DNA of 63,915 nucleotides, the filler included. It is 9 parts of 9 records of this genome, joined end to end, with 100 filler letters (N's around TTAATTAATTAA, not from the genome) between each part and the next. Parts side by side here need not be neighbours in the genome. Positions count along the whole stretch, not along the records: positions 6,600 to 16,080 come from SRR31156797_67997; positions 16,181 to 21,802 come from SRR31156797_68095; 7 more parts are not named here. One strand, written 5' to 3'. Each line of letters opens with the position of its first letter. The stretch's first letter is position 1. Positions 8,030 to 18,496 of the stretch are shown one piece after another. The notes under the pieces were generated by a model. That model was not told the origin of the DNA. It worked only from the letters and a program-made list of their open reading frames with translations, and ran no database searches. The position numbers and the translations under genes are program-made.

Positions 8030-9115
8030 TTAACCTCCAATAATTTTTTGTTCAAGTCCTTCAAGTACTTCCTCGGGTGAGTGGATAACACCGCCATAAC
8101 GGCCAAAATGTTCAACTTTTACATTGCACTCAACAGCAAGTTTAACATCTTCAACCATTTGTCCGGCACTCATTTCAACTGAAAGAATTCCCTTAAGTTG
8201 TGGTACAAGATCTGCAAGTGCTTTTGACGGGAACGGATACAGGGTTATGGGCCTGAGCAGACCAACTTTTATTCCTTTTTCACGTGCCTGAACAACCGTT
8301 TTTTGTGCAATACGCGCACTGGAGCCATAGGCTACAATAAGGTATTCGGCGTCATCGGTATCAAAGGTTTCAAAACGGCACTCATTTTCTTCCAGCTTAC
8401 GGTACTTTTCCTGAAGATGCCAGTTATGTCTTTCCTGAACATTTGAATCAAGATTCAGGGATGTTATGATATTACGTTCTCGAGATTCGGGCTTACCAAC
8501 AGTAGCCCATGAACCGTTGAGTTCTTTTACTTCCTCATCGCTCCAACGGGGTTTTTGTTTTTTGAGTTCTACCTTTTCCATCATCTGGCCGATCATTCCG
8601 TCTGAAAGGATCATTACAGGTGTGCGGTATTTATAGGCTACTTCAAATCCAAGTTCTATAAAGTCAGCCATTTCCTGGACTGATGCCGGCGCAAGCGTGA
8701 AAAGCCTGTAGTCTCCGTGTCCGCCACCTTTCACCGATTGAAAGTAGTCGGCCTGCGAGGGTTGGATTGTTCCCAGACCCGGGCCTCCCCTAACAACATT
8801 TGCAATAACACACGGCAATTCTGCTCCGGCAATGTAACTGATACCTTCCTGGTACAGACTGATACCCGGGCTGGATGATGATGTAAAAACCTTCTTCCCT
8901 GCTGCAGCTGCACCGTAAACCATATTAATTGCGGCCAGCTCACTTTCGGCCTGTAGCACTACCATACCGGTTCGTTCCTCGGGTTTTTCCATGGTGAGGT
9001 ATTCCACCACCTCAGACTGCGGTGTAATAGGGTAGCCAAAATATGCATCCACACCTTCGCGAATTGCAGCTTCAGCTATGGCCTCATTTCCTTTCATTAA
9101 TTTTAATTCACCCAT
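8030..9115 (-). CDS. vorB: 2-oxoacid:ferredoxin oxidoreductase alpha subunit (VorB-like)
   Basis: GNEAIAE, GYPITPQSE, SSSSPG, RGGPGLG. Confidence 0.9.
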   Translation of the reverse strand: MGELKLMKGNEAIAEAAIREGVDAYFGYPITPQSEVVEYLTMEKPEERTGMVVLQAESELAAINMVYGAAAAGKKVFTSSSSPGISLYQEGISYIAGAELPCVIANVVRGGPGLGTIQPSQADYFQSVKGGGHGDYRLFTLAPASVQEMADFIELGFEVAYKYRTPVMILSDGMIGQMMEKVELKKQKPRWSDEEVKELNGSWATVGKPESRERNIITSLNLDSNVQERHNWHLQEKYRKLEENECRFETFDTDDAEYLIVAYGSSARIAQKTVVQAREKGIKVGLLRPITLYPFPSKALADLVPQLKGILSVEMSAGQMVEDVKLAVECNVKVEHFGRYGGVIHSPEEVLEGLEQKIIGG

Positions 9116-9140
9116 TTTTATTTATGGTTTTTCAATTTAA

Positions 9141-9371
9141 CTAAGCTGATTTTTTCACTTTATATACAGAAATCACCCCATCAGGGCAAACTATGGCGCA
9201 GTTAGCGCATCCAATACATGCATCGGGATTAACCATGTAAGCATAATGGTAACCCTTACCGTTTACTTCTTTTGCCAGTTCGATGACATGAGTGGGGCAT
9301 GCAGGTACACAAACTTCGCAACCCTTACACCGTTCTTTGTCAACAACTATAGCACCTTTTACTTTTGCCAT
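9141..9371 (-). CDS. 2x[4Fe-4S] ferredoxin (delta subunit)
   Basis: CKGCEVCVPACP and CIGCANCAIVCP. Confidence 0.92.
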   Translation of the reverse strand: MAKVKGAIVVDKERCKGCEVCVPACPTHVIELAKEVNGKGYHYAYMVNPDACIGCANCAIVCPDGVISVYKVKKSA

Positions 9372-9576
9372 ATCTTATGTTATAATTTAAGAGTTTTTAA
9401 CCGTTTATTCGATCCACGAAAATACAGTTTTTAAAATGAATAAATCCTCAATATGTTAGATTTTATTGGGCAACCAGCCTAATTTTTATTCAGTCTAAAA
9501 GACAAAACAATGATTAGCTGACCCACTTCCCAAATGGAGGTAGGTAGATCAAATTTCAGGAGCCTGAAGCTTTTCA

Positions 9577-9584
9577 TATCTTTG
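9577..9584 (+). promoter_or_regulatory. Bacteroidota -7 promoter element
   Basis: TATCTTTG matches TAnnTTTG, just upstream of ATG 9601. Confidence 0.55.
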
Positions 9585-9600
9585 CAAAAAATTGGTTTTT

Positions 9601-9948
9601 ATGGCGAAAAAATTCAAAAAGATAACTGGCGATGTGGTGTACTCAACAAATCCCGGATTTGATTATGAATACGACGATAAAGTTGAACAGGATACGCTGC
9701 CACCACAACAACAGAAACTTAAAGTCTGGCTCGACCGAAAAAAGAGAAAAGGAAAAGTAGTAACCCTGATCACAGATTTTGTTGGAACCGACGATGACCT
9801 GAAAACACTCGCAAAATTGCTTAAAACTAAATGTGGTACCGGAGGATCATCGAAAGATGGAGAGATAATTATTCAGGGCGATATGCGCGATAAGATCATC
9901 GACATTCTTACTGGTGAAGGCTACAAAGCTAAAAGAGCCGGGGGTTGA
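9601..9948 (+). CDS. yciH: Translation initiation factor SUI1/YciH
   Basis: VYSTNP, RKGKVVT, LKTKCGTGGSSKDGEIIIQGD. Confidence 0.9.
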   Translation: MAKKFKKITGDVVYSTNPGFDYEYDDKVEQDTLPPQQQKLKVWLDRKKRKGKVVTLITDFVGTDDDLKTLAKLLKTKCGTGGSSKDGEIIIQGDMRDKIIDILTGEGYKAKRAGG

Positions 9949-10061
9949 TTAATGTGGCATGATGGAGAGGTATGGTCCAAAACCTCTAAATTGTGAATTT
10001 AGTGTTGAATCACATAATGTTAAAAAGAATTGATTTTCAACAGGATTAAAAGAAGTTTATC

Positions 10062-10619
10062 ATGAAGGAAAATGAAGAAGTTTTAAAGGAACCTGTATAT
10101 TCACCATTTGTACTGGAGTTCCTTGCTGTAGCACAAAAATATTGTTTGTTTATCGATGAGATTGATAAATACAGCAAAGATCAAATTTTTGATTACATGC
10201 ACAAAGCACTGCCGCTACTCTATGTCCGTGGATCGGTCCTGCCTAAAATCGAGCCAGACAATTTTGAGGCCAACGAAAAATATGTGACCGAAGAGCAATG
10301 GCAGAATATTTTCAATGAAATTCGTGAGAAGCTTCAAAAGGATGATGAGTACTACTTTATCGAAAACGACAATCCGCTCAATGAACCTGTTAAAGGCAGT
10401 ATTGCAGATGGGCTCACTGATATTTACCAGGATATGAAGGATTTTGTAACTCTTTACCAAAAGCCTCTGCGCGACGCAAAAAAAGTAGCCGTGTGGGAAA
10501 TCCTTGAGCTCTTTAAAGCCCATTGGGGATTCAGGATCGTAAATCTTCTGAAGGTTTTTCATTACGGCCTTTATAGCGAATCCAGTGAACGCCAGGTAAT
10601 GGACCTTGGAAACATCTAG
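10062..10619 (+). CDS. DUF5063-family protein
   Basis: EFLAVAQKYC, LPLLY, YVTEEQW, SIADGLTDIYQDMKDF, HWG pattern. Confidence 0.7.
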   Translation: MKENEEVLKEPVYSPFVLEFLAVAQKYCLFIDEIDKYSKDQIFDYMHKALPLLYVRGSVLPKIEPDNFEANEKYVTEEQWQNIFNEIREKLQKDDEYYFIENDNPLNEPVKGSIADGLTDIYQDMKDFVTLYQKPLRDAKKVAVWEILELFKAHWGFRIVNLLKVFHYGLYSESSERQVMDLGNI

Positions 10620-10809
10620 CCCCCAATCACTTTTTCTGTTTTTGAATTACATTTCTTAACAGAGGGCTATAAACAAACACGTTTCTAAATTACCATTACC
10701 GTATCTATCATAAAACCAGCCTCTTGTGTCTAAAATCAGGATTCCATTCTAAATTTAGCAGTTTCAACCGGTTGTGGTGTTAATTTGTATTAACACATTA
10801 AAAATTACC

Positions 10810-10845
10810 TATTTTTGCAATTTTAATTTATTCTAAATTAGAATA
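10810..10845 (+). promoter_or_regulatory. -7 element and palindromic putative iron-regulator operator
   Basis: TATTTTTG (10810-10817), then the perfect palindrome TATTCTAA-A-TTAGAATA (10829-10845) upstream of feoB. Confidence 0.55.
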
Positions 10846-10862
10846 CCACCAACGGAGATTCA

Positions 10863-13388
10863 ATGAACTTAAGCGAGCTTAAAGAAGGGGAACGTGGTTA
10901 TATTTCCAAGGTTAAAGGGCGGGGTGCATTCAGGAAGCGTATCACCGAAATGGGCTTTATAAAGGGCAAACTGGTTGAAGTTATTAAGAACGCACCACTT
11001 CGTGATCCCATTGAATACCGTTTACTAAATTATGAAGTTTCACTAAGGCGTAGCGAAGCCCGGCTCGTTACCGTACTGAGTGAACAGGAGTTGCGGAACA
11101 ATGCACCACGCGATGAATTTCTGGGTACAATTGATGACGAAACGCTCAAACGAAAAGCATTTGAAAAAGGAAAATCCATTGAGATTGCACTGGTTGGCAA
11201 TCCGAACTCCGGAAAAACTACCATATTTAATCATGCATCAAGGTCGCGCGAAAAAGTTGGAAATTATGGTGGTGTTACCGTTGATGCAAAAATGGCCAGG
11301 GTTAAGCAAAATGATTACAATTTAAATCTTGTTGACCTACCCGGAACATACTCTTTGAGCGCTTATTCGCCTGAGGAACTCTTTGTGAGAAAGCATATCC
11401 TGAGCGAATTTCCCGATATTGTAATAAACGTTGTTGACGCATCTAACCTGGAGCGTAACCTCTATCTCACAACCCAACTCATCGACATGGATATTAAGGT
11501 AATTATTGCCCTTAATATGTACGATGAATTGCAGGCAAAAGGCGATAAGTTCGATTATCATATGCTTGGAAAAATGTTGGGTATCCCAATCATCCCTACC
11601 GTTGGGTCACGTGGCAGAGGCATCAAAGAATTGTTTGAAAAGGCAATTGATGTTTACGAGGATCGCGATCCTGTTGTGCGACATATCCATATTCACTATG
11701 GAAAAACAATGGAACGCTCCATCAGGAAAATTCAGGAAGAAATCTGGAAAACCAAATCCATTACCGACAAGGTATCATCGCGATATTATGCCATAAAACT
11801 GCTTGAAAAAGATGAATCAACACACTTCTCCTTAGGGAAATTCCAGACCTATGAGAATATAAAATCTGTTGCTGACCGGGAGATTGAGACACTGGAACAG
11901 GATTTTCAGGAAGACACAGAATCGCTGATCACAGATGCAAAATACGGGTTTATTTCAGGTGCGCTAAAGGAAACCTACCATGAAAACAAACACAAACGCC
12001 GCAATAAAACCGAAACTGAGATCATCGATACCTTTTTGACCCATAAAATTATCGGGCTGCCCATTTTCCTGTTTTTCATGTGGCTGATGTTTTACAGCAC
12101 ATTCACCTTTGGAGAATACCCGATGCAATGGATCGAAATTGGCGTTGGTTTCATTGGAACGCTCATCTCACAGCTTATGCCTGAAGGCATGTTGAAGGAC
12201 CTCCTGGTAAATGGAATTATCTCAGGTGTAGGAAGTGTTTTGGTGTTTTTGCCCAACATACTTATACTTTTCTTCTTTATTTCGTTTATGGAAGATACGG
12301 GCTATATGGCCCGTGTGGCGTTTATCATGGACAGAGTGATGCACAAGATCGGGTTACATGGCAGGTCGTTTATTCCGCTGTTGATGGGATTTGGCTGTAA
12401 TGTTCCGGCAATCATGGCTACCCGGACTATCGAATCCAAAAACGACAGAATTCTCACAATTCTGATAAATCCGTTTATGTCCTGCAGCGCGCGTTTACCT
12501 GTATATATCCTGATCATTGGCGCCATTTTCCCGACAAATCCAGGTACAATCCTTTTCATTGTGTATAGTACAGGAATACTACTGGCGGCTATTATTGCTA
12601 TTATCTTCAAAAAAGTAATATTCAAATCAAAGGAAGCCCCGTTTGTTATGGAACTCCCACCATACAGGCTGCCAACACTTAAGGCAATCCTCAAGAACAT
12701 GTGGTATAAAGGTTCGCAATACATAAAAAAAATGGGTGGAGTTATTCTGCTTGCTGTAATCCTGATTTGGGCGGCCGGATATTTTCCGCTTAACAGGGAT
12801 AAAATGGCTGAATTTGATTCCAGGGTTCTTGAAACCAACACAGAATACAAGTTAAAAATTGTAGAGTTTGATCAGATAACACATGAGCAGGAGGTGGACA
12901 ATTTGCGGAATGAAATGTCGCAGGAAATTAACAAGATAAAAATGGAAAAGGAAGCCTACAGGCTCGAAAATTCATACATAGGCCAATTGGGTCACTGGGT
13001 GGCTCCGGCAATTTACCCACTCGGGTTCGACTGGAAAATGGGTATAAGCCTGATCACAGGTGCTGCGGCCAAAGAAATCGTGGTGAGTACGATGGGGGTG
13101 CTCTATCAGACCAATGATGCCAGTGTGGATAACCAAAGCCTTGTTCAAAAAATCCAGTCTCAGGTCCACCAGGAAGGACCAAATGCAGGGAAATTGGTTT
13201 TTACGCCTGCCGCAGCACTGGCATTTCTCATATTTGTATTGATTTATTTTCCATGTATTGCGGTTGTAGCCGCAGTAAAAAAAGAAACAGGCGGTTGGAA
13301 ATGGGCAACATTCCTGGCTGTTTACACAACAGGCCTTGCATATTTTCTTTCATTCATTGTTTATCAGGTTGGAAGCCTGATTATCTAA
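10863..13388 (+). CDS. feoB: FeoA-FeoB fusion ferrous iron transporter
   Basis: N-terminal FeoA (MGFIKG, APLRDP, SLRRSEA), G1 GNPNSGKT, DLPG, NMYD, GFGCNVP, YFPC. Confidence 0.96.
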   Translation: MNLSELKEGERGYISKVKGRGAFRKRITEMGFIKGKLVEVIKNAPLRDPIEYRLLNYEVSLRRSEARLVTVLSEQELRNNAPRDEFLGTIDDETLKRKAFEKGKSIEIALVGNPNSGKTTIFNHASRSREKVGNYGGVTVDAKMARVKQNDYNLNLVDLPGTYSLSAYSPEELFVRKHILSEFPDIVINVVDASNLERNLYLTTQLIDMDIKVIIALNMYDELQAKGDKFDYHMLGKMLGIPIIPTVGSRGRGIKELFEKAIDVYEDRDPVVRHIHIHYGKTMERSIRKIQEEIWKTKSITDKVSSRYYAIKLLEKDESTHFSLGKFQTYENIKSVADREIETLEQDFQEDTESLITDAKYGFISGALKETYHENKHKRRNKTETEIIDTFLTHKIIGLPIFLFFMWLMFYSTFTFGEYPMQWIEIGVGFIGTLISQLMPEGMLKDLLVNGIISGVGSVLVFLPNILILFFFISFMEDTGYMARVAFIMDRVMHKIGLHGRSFIPLLMGFGCNVPAIMATRTIESKNDRILTILINPFMSCSARLPVYILIIGAIFPTNPGTILFIVYSTGILLAAIIAIIFKKVIFKSKEAPFVMELPPYRLPTLKAILKNMWYKGSQYIKKMGGVILLAVILIWAAGYFPLNRDKMAEFDSRVLETNTEYKLKIVEFDQITHEQEVDNLRNEMSQEINKIKMEKEAYRLENSYIGQLGHWVAPAIYPLGFDWKMGISLITGAAAKEIVVSTMGVLYQTNDASVDNQSLVQKIQSQVHQEGPNAGKLVFTPAAALAFLIFVLIYFPCIAVVAAVKKETGGWKWATFLAVYTTGLAYFLSFIVYQVGSLII

Positions 13389-13395
13389 ACACATT

Positions 13396-13587
13396 ATGGT
13401 TCAGGAAATAATTACATATGCTATCCTTATCGTAACGTTAATTGTTACCACAGTTAATATCTACAGGTTTTTCACTAAAAAGGACAAAAGTGCTTGTGGT
13501 GGTTGTGCTCAGGCTGAATCAGGGTGTAAAATAGCAGGCATAAAACATAACCTCGAAAAACGCACAAAACCTGTTTCTTTTGAATAA
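13396..13587 (+). CDS. FeoB-associated Cys-rich membrane protein
   Basis: One TM helix then CGGC...C, directly after feoB. Confidence 0.8.
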   Translation: MVQEIITYAILIVTLIVTTVNIYRFFTKKDKSACGGCAQAESGCKIAGIKHNLEKRTKPVSFE

Positions 13588-13656
13588 ATTTAAATAAAGA
13601 AATCCATCCATCCCTGAAATCTAATTTTATTACTTTTGGCGTCAAAACGGGGGCAT

Positions 13657-14040
13657 ATGTACAAATATCTTGATCTTAACACAGAGTATTACAATGGATT
13701 AATCGAATCTTTAGGGAAAGAAACGATTGCAGAAATTATTATTGACCAGGTTCCGGTAAATTTCGAAACTTATACCAGGCAAATTGAAGAAGGGATTGCA
13801 TCGGGGAATTTCGATAGCATTCGAAGGGCTGTGCACACATTAAAATCCGATTTCAGACATTTCATACCGATTGATCACGAGTTTATTAAGTTTATCCAGG
13901 ACTTTGAAAACCAGGCCAAAGACGCAGATGAAAACAATTCCGAAACTGACTTTTCGGCAGTCTATGCAAAATTTATGGAAATGTCGGAAGGCCCTCTCGA
14001 CGAAATAATGAGGTTGGGAAAGGAATATAAAAACGCCTGA
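13657..14040 (+). CDS. Stand-alone Hpt domain protein
   Basis: RRAVHTLKS phospho-His motif; TACTTTTG -7 element at 13631 argues for ATG 13657. Confidence 0.72.
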   Translation: MYKYLDLNTEYYNGLIESLGKETIAEIIIDQVPVNFETYTRQIEEGIASGNFDSIRRAVHTLKSDFRHFIPIDHEFIKFIQDFENQAKDADENNSETDFSAVYAKFMEMSEGPLDEIMRLGKEYKNA

Positions 14041-14159
14041 TTTTATTATTTGAACAACATTTCAAACAACAATTACCGTGTATTTAAGGTGTCTTATTGC
14101 ATCTCATGCGGGCTGTATTGTAATTACAGTGTCAAAATTTAAACGTTTTAACAGTCCTT

Positions 14160-15176
14160 TTACCTGTCCAGCCTGTTCAGGCCTTGAATAGCCAAATGAT
14201 AGTTACTTCTTAGCTTTAGGGTCTGCTCATAATCAGCCCGTGCCAATTTTCTCTGCCCCATCAATTCATAGCTGTAGCCCCTGTTATACCATGCCTCTAC
14301 ATATTCGGGTGTTAGTTGAAGAACCTGTGAAAAATAATCGACCGCAGCCGGAAAATCCTGTTTATAAACCAATTGTATATAACCCAGGTTGTATATGGCC
14401 TGCACATACTCAGGTTCAATATCGAGAATACTGTTATAGGTTTGTATAGCACTCTCGAGCCTGCTGTTTTCCTGGAAAAAAAACCCCAATTGGTAATATG
14501 GCTCAATAATTTGAGGCTGTATTTTTATTGCATTTTGAAAATACCCAATGGCAACAGGATCTCCTTTTGCTGCAAATAAAATACCCAGTTGCAACTGCGC
14601 TTCATAATAATCCTGATCCTGATCGATGGCAACCTGCAGATTTTTTATGGCATTGGTTGTATCTCCCTGTTCGATGAGTGCCATAGCCCTTACAAAATAC
14701 GCGATGGGATTGATATTATCAATCTCCAAAAGTTCTGTGAGGGTACCATATGTATTATCGTAATCGCGCATGATCAAATAGAGCTGGGCTTTTTTTATCA
14801 GTGCTTCCTGGTTAAACTCATCAAGTTCCAGTGCCCTGTTAAGGGCATCCAGGCATTTATCAGGATTACCTAAAGCCAGGTAGGCTTCTGAAAGTGTGAT
14901 GTAATGGTTGGTGTTCTCTTTATCAATATCAATTGCTATCAGAATATCCCGTAGAGCACTGTCTACTTTGTTTTGTGAAAGATAGTAATCTGCTCTTTTG
15001 ATGTAAAGTTCATCATTATTCAAATCAGATGTAATCTGTTTGTTGATCTTTACCAAGGCATCCTCCTGAGGTGGCTGATTTCCTGTATCACTGGATTCAT
15101 CTGTTTCCCGGGACGAATTGCATGCGATCATGCCAGACAGGGAAAATATCAGGACAAAGTAAAAAAAACTTTTCAT
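14160..15176 (-). CDS. TPR-repeat lipoprotein
   Basis: Lipobox MIAC and multiple 34-aa TPR repeats. Confidence 0.85.
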   Translation of the reverse strand: MKSFFYFVLIFSLSGMIACNSSRETDESSDTGNQPPQEDALVKINKQITSDLNNDELYIKRADYYLSQNKVDSALRDILIAIDIDKENTNHYITLSEAYLALGNPDKCLDALNRALELDEFNQEALIKKAQLYLIMRDYDNTYGTLTELLEIDNINPIAYFVRAMALIEQGDTTNAIKNLQVAIDQDQDYYEAQLQLGILFAAKGDPVAIGYFQNAIKIQPQIIEPYYQLGFFFQENSRLESAIQTYNSILDIEPEYVQAIYNLGYIQLVYKQDFPAAVDYFSQVLQLTPEYVEAWYNRGYSYELMGQRKLARADYEQTLKLRSNYHLAIQGLNRLDR

Positions 15177-15229
15177 CGTAGTAATTTTGGTCTTGTCATT
15201 AAACAGATAACAAGCAATTTTATTACAAT

Positions 15230-15262
15230 AAAAAACCCGACAAAGTGATCTTTGCCAGGTTT
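15230..15262 (-). terminator. Rho-independent terminator of recA
   Basis: Minus strand ACCTGGCAAAG-ATCA-CTTTGTCGGGT followed by a T run. Confidence 0.7.
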
Positions 15263-15284
15263 ATTATTTAGATTTAAAACCAGG

Positions 15285-16080
15285 CTAGTTTAATGCTTCC
15301 CTGATTTTTGATTCAAGTTCTTCAGCCAATTCAGGATTATCCGCCAGAAGGCTCTTCACAGCGTCCCTGCCCTGCCCCAGTTTTGTTTCGCCGTAGCTAT
15401 ACCATGATCCACTTTTCTTGATAATGTCGTAATCAACTCCAATGTCGATAATCTCGCCGAGCTTTGAAATTCCCTCTCCATAGATTAAATCAAATTCAGC
15501 ACTTCTGAAAGGCGGAGCAACTTTATTTTTCACAACCTTAACACGCACCCGGTTACCACTCACCCTTTCGGTATCTTTAATTTGTCCAATCCTGCGGATA
15601 TCAAGCCTAACCGAAGCATAAAATTTAAGTGCATTTCCACCGGTCGTTGTTTCGGGATTGCCAAACATTACTCCGATCTTCTCCCGCAACTGGTTAATAA
15701 AAACACAGATTGCACCAGTTTTACTAATGGTCGAAGTTAACTTACGTAATGCCTGGGACATCAGCCTGGCCTGCAACCCCATTTTCGAGTCACCCATTTC
15801 ACCTTCTATTTCGCTCTTGGGTGTTAATGCTGCCACCGAGTCGATTACAATAATGTCGATGGCTCCCGAACGAATTAGATTATCTGCAATCTCAAGGGCC
15901 TGTTCCCCATTATCCGGTTGAGATACAAAAAGGTTTTGAATATCCACACCGAGTTTCTCAGCATAAAACCTGTCGAAGGCGTGTTCAGCATCGATGAATG
16001 CTGCAATGCCACCCAATTTTTGGGCCTCTGCAACTGCGTGAATAGCAAGTGTTGTTTTACCTGAAGATTCAGGTCCATAA
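15285..16080 (-). CDS. recA: Recombinase RecA (5'-truncated)
   Basis: YGPESSGKT Walker [33 protein letters not shown]. Confidence 0.97.
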
Positions 16081-16180
16081 NNNNNNNNNNNNNNNNNNNN
16101 NNNNNNNNNNNNNNNNNNNNNNNNTTAATTAATTAANNNNNNNNNNNNNNNNNNNNNNNNNNNNNNNNNNNNNNNNNNNN
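16081..16180. other. Artificial contig spacer
   Basis: N-run + TTAATTAATTAA + N-run. Confidence 0.98.
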
Positions 16181-17734
16181 ATAGATGATGTGCTTGGAAT
16201 TATCCTTCTTGCAGTAGCTTTGGGTATTGCTTCAGTAATGATGTCCGGAGCTCACGAAGAGATCCACTGGGGACATATTGCATTGATCGCTTTTAAAGCT
16301 GTGGGCGTTTGGCTTGGATTTACTATCCTAGGTCTGATCTTTGCTCATAAGATAAGTTCAAATTTAAAAAAACTTGAAAATAAACACTCGATAACTGTTG
16401 TTGCTTTCGGGCTTGCACTCCTACTTGCCGGTATTTTTGAGCAGGCAGGACTTGCAATGATCGTCGGTGCTTATGTTATGGGCCTTTCTCTTTCAAAAAC
16501 AGAACTGAGCTATATTATTCAGGAAGAACTTCATCCTCTTCAGACTTTTTTAGTTCCCATCTTTTTTGCTGTGATGGGAATGCTTGTTGATCTGAGAGTT
16601 TTTGCTTCAAAGGAAATTCTTATCTTTGGACTTGTTTATTCAGTCGGCGCAGTTGTAGCGAAATATGTAGGTTGCGGAATTCCTGCTTTGTTTCTGGGAT
16701 TTAATAAGCTTGGGGCTTCGAGGATAGGACTGGGAATGATTCCCCGCGGAGAAGTTGCGCTCATTATTGCCGGAATTGGGCTTGCAAATGGTATTCTTGA
16801 TCAGAAAGTTTTCGGTGTAAGCATCATGATGACCCTTATCACAACAGTTATTGCGCCCCCACTTCTTGATATAAGTCTTAAAAAACCTCAAAAAGGAACA
16901 GTTAAAGATCCAATTACCGGGAATACTGAAACCACAGAGTTTAAATTCAACTCTCATATTGTTACGGAAGCTCTTGTTGGCCACATCAGAGATTATTTTT
17001 CAAAAGAAGGGTTTTTTATCTATATGATGAAAGTTGATTACGATGCATATCAGATAAGAAAGGATGACATAATTATTAAGATGAACCGCTATCCTGAAAA
17101 GATTGAGTTTGTAACTTCAAAGGAAGATGTTTCATTAATAAAAACAACACTGTATGAAGCTTTTGTTCAGCTTTATTATCGCGTTGAAAGAATATCAAAA
17201 GACGCATTGCCACAAGAAATGAGGCAGATCATAAGCAAACCCGAAACATGCAGAGACTGTGTGAATTTTGGAAGCATTCTTGATCCTGACTGCATCAAAA
17301 GGGATCTTGAAAGTGATACAAAAGAAGGTGTGATCAGAGAGCTGGTATCTCTTCTGGATAAAAAAGGTCTGGTTTATGATTATGAAAGTGTTGTTAATGA
17401 GGTGCTTGAAAGAGAATCTGTAATTAGCACCGGAATGGAAAATGGTTTTGCCTGTCCACACGCAAGAAGTGAATCATTTGACCATGTTCAGATCGCAGTG
17501 GGAATTAAAAAAGATGGCCTTGATTTTGATTCTATGGATAAAAAACCGGCTAAAGTTATCGTTCTTCTCCTTTCTTCTACAAAGGACAATGATCCTCATA
17601 TTCAAGTGCTGGCCTCACTTTCCTCAATGTTTGTCAATAACGGTGGAATGGAAAAACTGCTTGCTGCGAAAAACAATAGAGAAATCTGGGAAGTTTTCAA
17701 TGCTTATTCGGCAAAACGCACTGTTCGAGTTTAA
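16181..17734 (+). CDS. CPA2-type cation:proton antiporter fused to a C-terminal PTS EIIA domain (5'-truncated)
   Basis: IDD motif, AKYVG, GMIPRGEVAL; C-terminal ERE..STG..GFACPHAR EIIA motif. Confidence 0.85.
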   Translation: MDDVLGIILLAVALGIASVMMSGAHEEIHWGHIALIAFKAVGVWLGFTILGLIFAHKISSNLKKLENKHSITVVAFGLALLLAGIFEQAGLAMIVGAYVMGLSLSKTELSYIIQEELHPLQTFLVPIFFAVMGMLVDLRVFASKEILIFGLVYSVGAVVAKYVGCGIPALFLGFNKLGASRIGLGMIPRGEVALIIAGIGLANGILDQKVFGVSIMMTLITTVIAPPLLDISLKKPQKGTVKDPITGNTETTEFKFNSHIVTEALVGHIRDYFSKEGFFIYMMKVDYDAYQIRKDDIIIKMNRYPEKIEFVTSKEDVSLIKTTLYEAFVQLYYRVERISKDALPQEMRQIISKPETCRDCVNFGSILDPDCIKRDLESDTKEGVIRELVSLLDKKGLVYDYESVVNEVLERESVISTGMENGFACPHARSESFDHVQIAVGIKKDGLDFDSMDKKPAKVIVLLLSSTKDNDPHIQVLASLSSMFVNNGGMEKLLAAKNNREIWEVFNAYSAKRTVRV

Positions 17735-17843
17735 TTAAAAAAATTCGTATTCTCAATTGACTTTTATGTTTGTATTTATAATATTAGTTGCTTTTTGTTA
17801 TTTTAATTTTGTTTAATACTTTCCGTAGTATGGAGATGTGGAT

Positions 17844-18479
17844 ATGAGCGAAAATAATTCCGTTAAGATTAATTCTCTGGATTCTAAAATGAAAGACCTT
17901 TCAGATTACCTTAGAAAAAGTGTTCTGGATCCGGCTGGTCAGGAAAAACAGGAAATAATCTCAGGTGCACAAAATGAAGCTGATCTGATAATTGAAAATG
18001 CAAAAAAAGAAGCTGCAAAGATCATCAAGGATGCTCAAGCCGAAAGTGACAGCATCAAAGCAAAAACAGATTCAGCTCTTAATATTGCTGCGAGACAGAC
18101 AGTTGACACTTTGAAGGCTGCTCTTGAAAAAGAGGTTCTTGTTTCTTCAGTAAATAAGCCGGTTAAAGAAGCAATGAAAAGTGATGAGCTCATTAAAGGT
18201 TTCGTTGCAGAAGTGCTTAAATTATATTCATCCAACGAGAACACATACGAACTTGCTCTGAGTGATGAAATGAAGGGAAAACTTAATGACTATCTTGCTC
18301 AGTCAATTGGAAAAGTTTCTGAAAATGGAATAAAGCTTAGTGCAGACAACCTTTCTTCAGGATTTGCAGTTTCTGTTGAGGGAAGTGGTCTCAAATTTGA
18401 TTTCAGTGAAGAATCTGTTGTTGAGTTGCTTACGGAATACATAAGACCTGAACTTAGAAACATGCTTTTTTCAAAGTAG
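17844..18479 (+). CDS. V/A-type ATP synthase subunit E
   Basis: N-terminal coiled coil (AKKEAAKIIKDA), C-terminal DFSEES..L..YIRP; operon position. Confidence 0.8.
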   Translation: MSENNSVKINSLDSKMKDLSDYLRKSVLDPAGQEKQEIISGAQNEADLIIENAKKEAAKIIKDAQAESDSIKAKTDSALNIAARQTVDTLKAALEKEVLVSSVNKPVKEAMKSDELIKGFVAEVLKLYSSNENTYELALSDEMKGKLNDYLAQSIGKVSENGIKLSADNLSSGFAVSVEGSGLKFDFSEESVVELLTEYIRPELRNMLFSK

Positions 18480-18496
18480 GCTAAAGGAATTTAATA

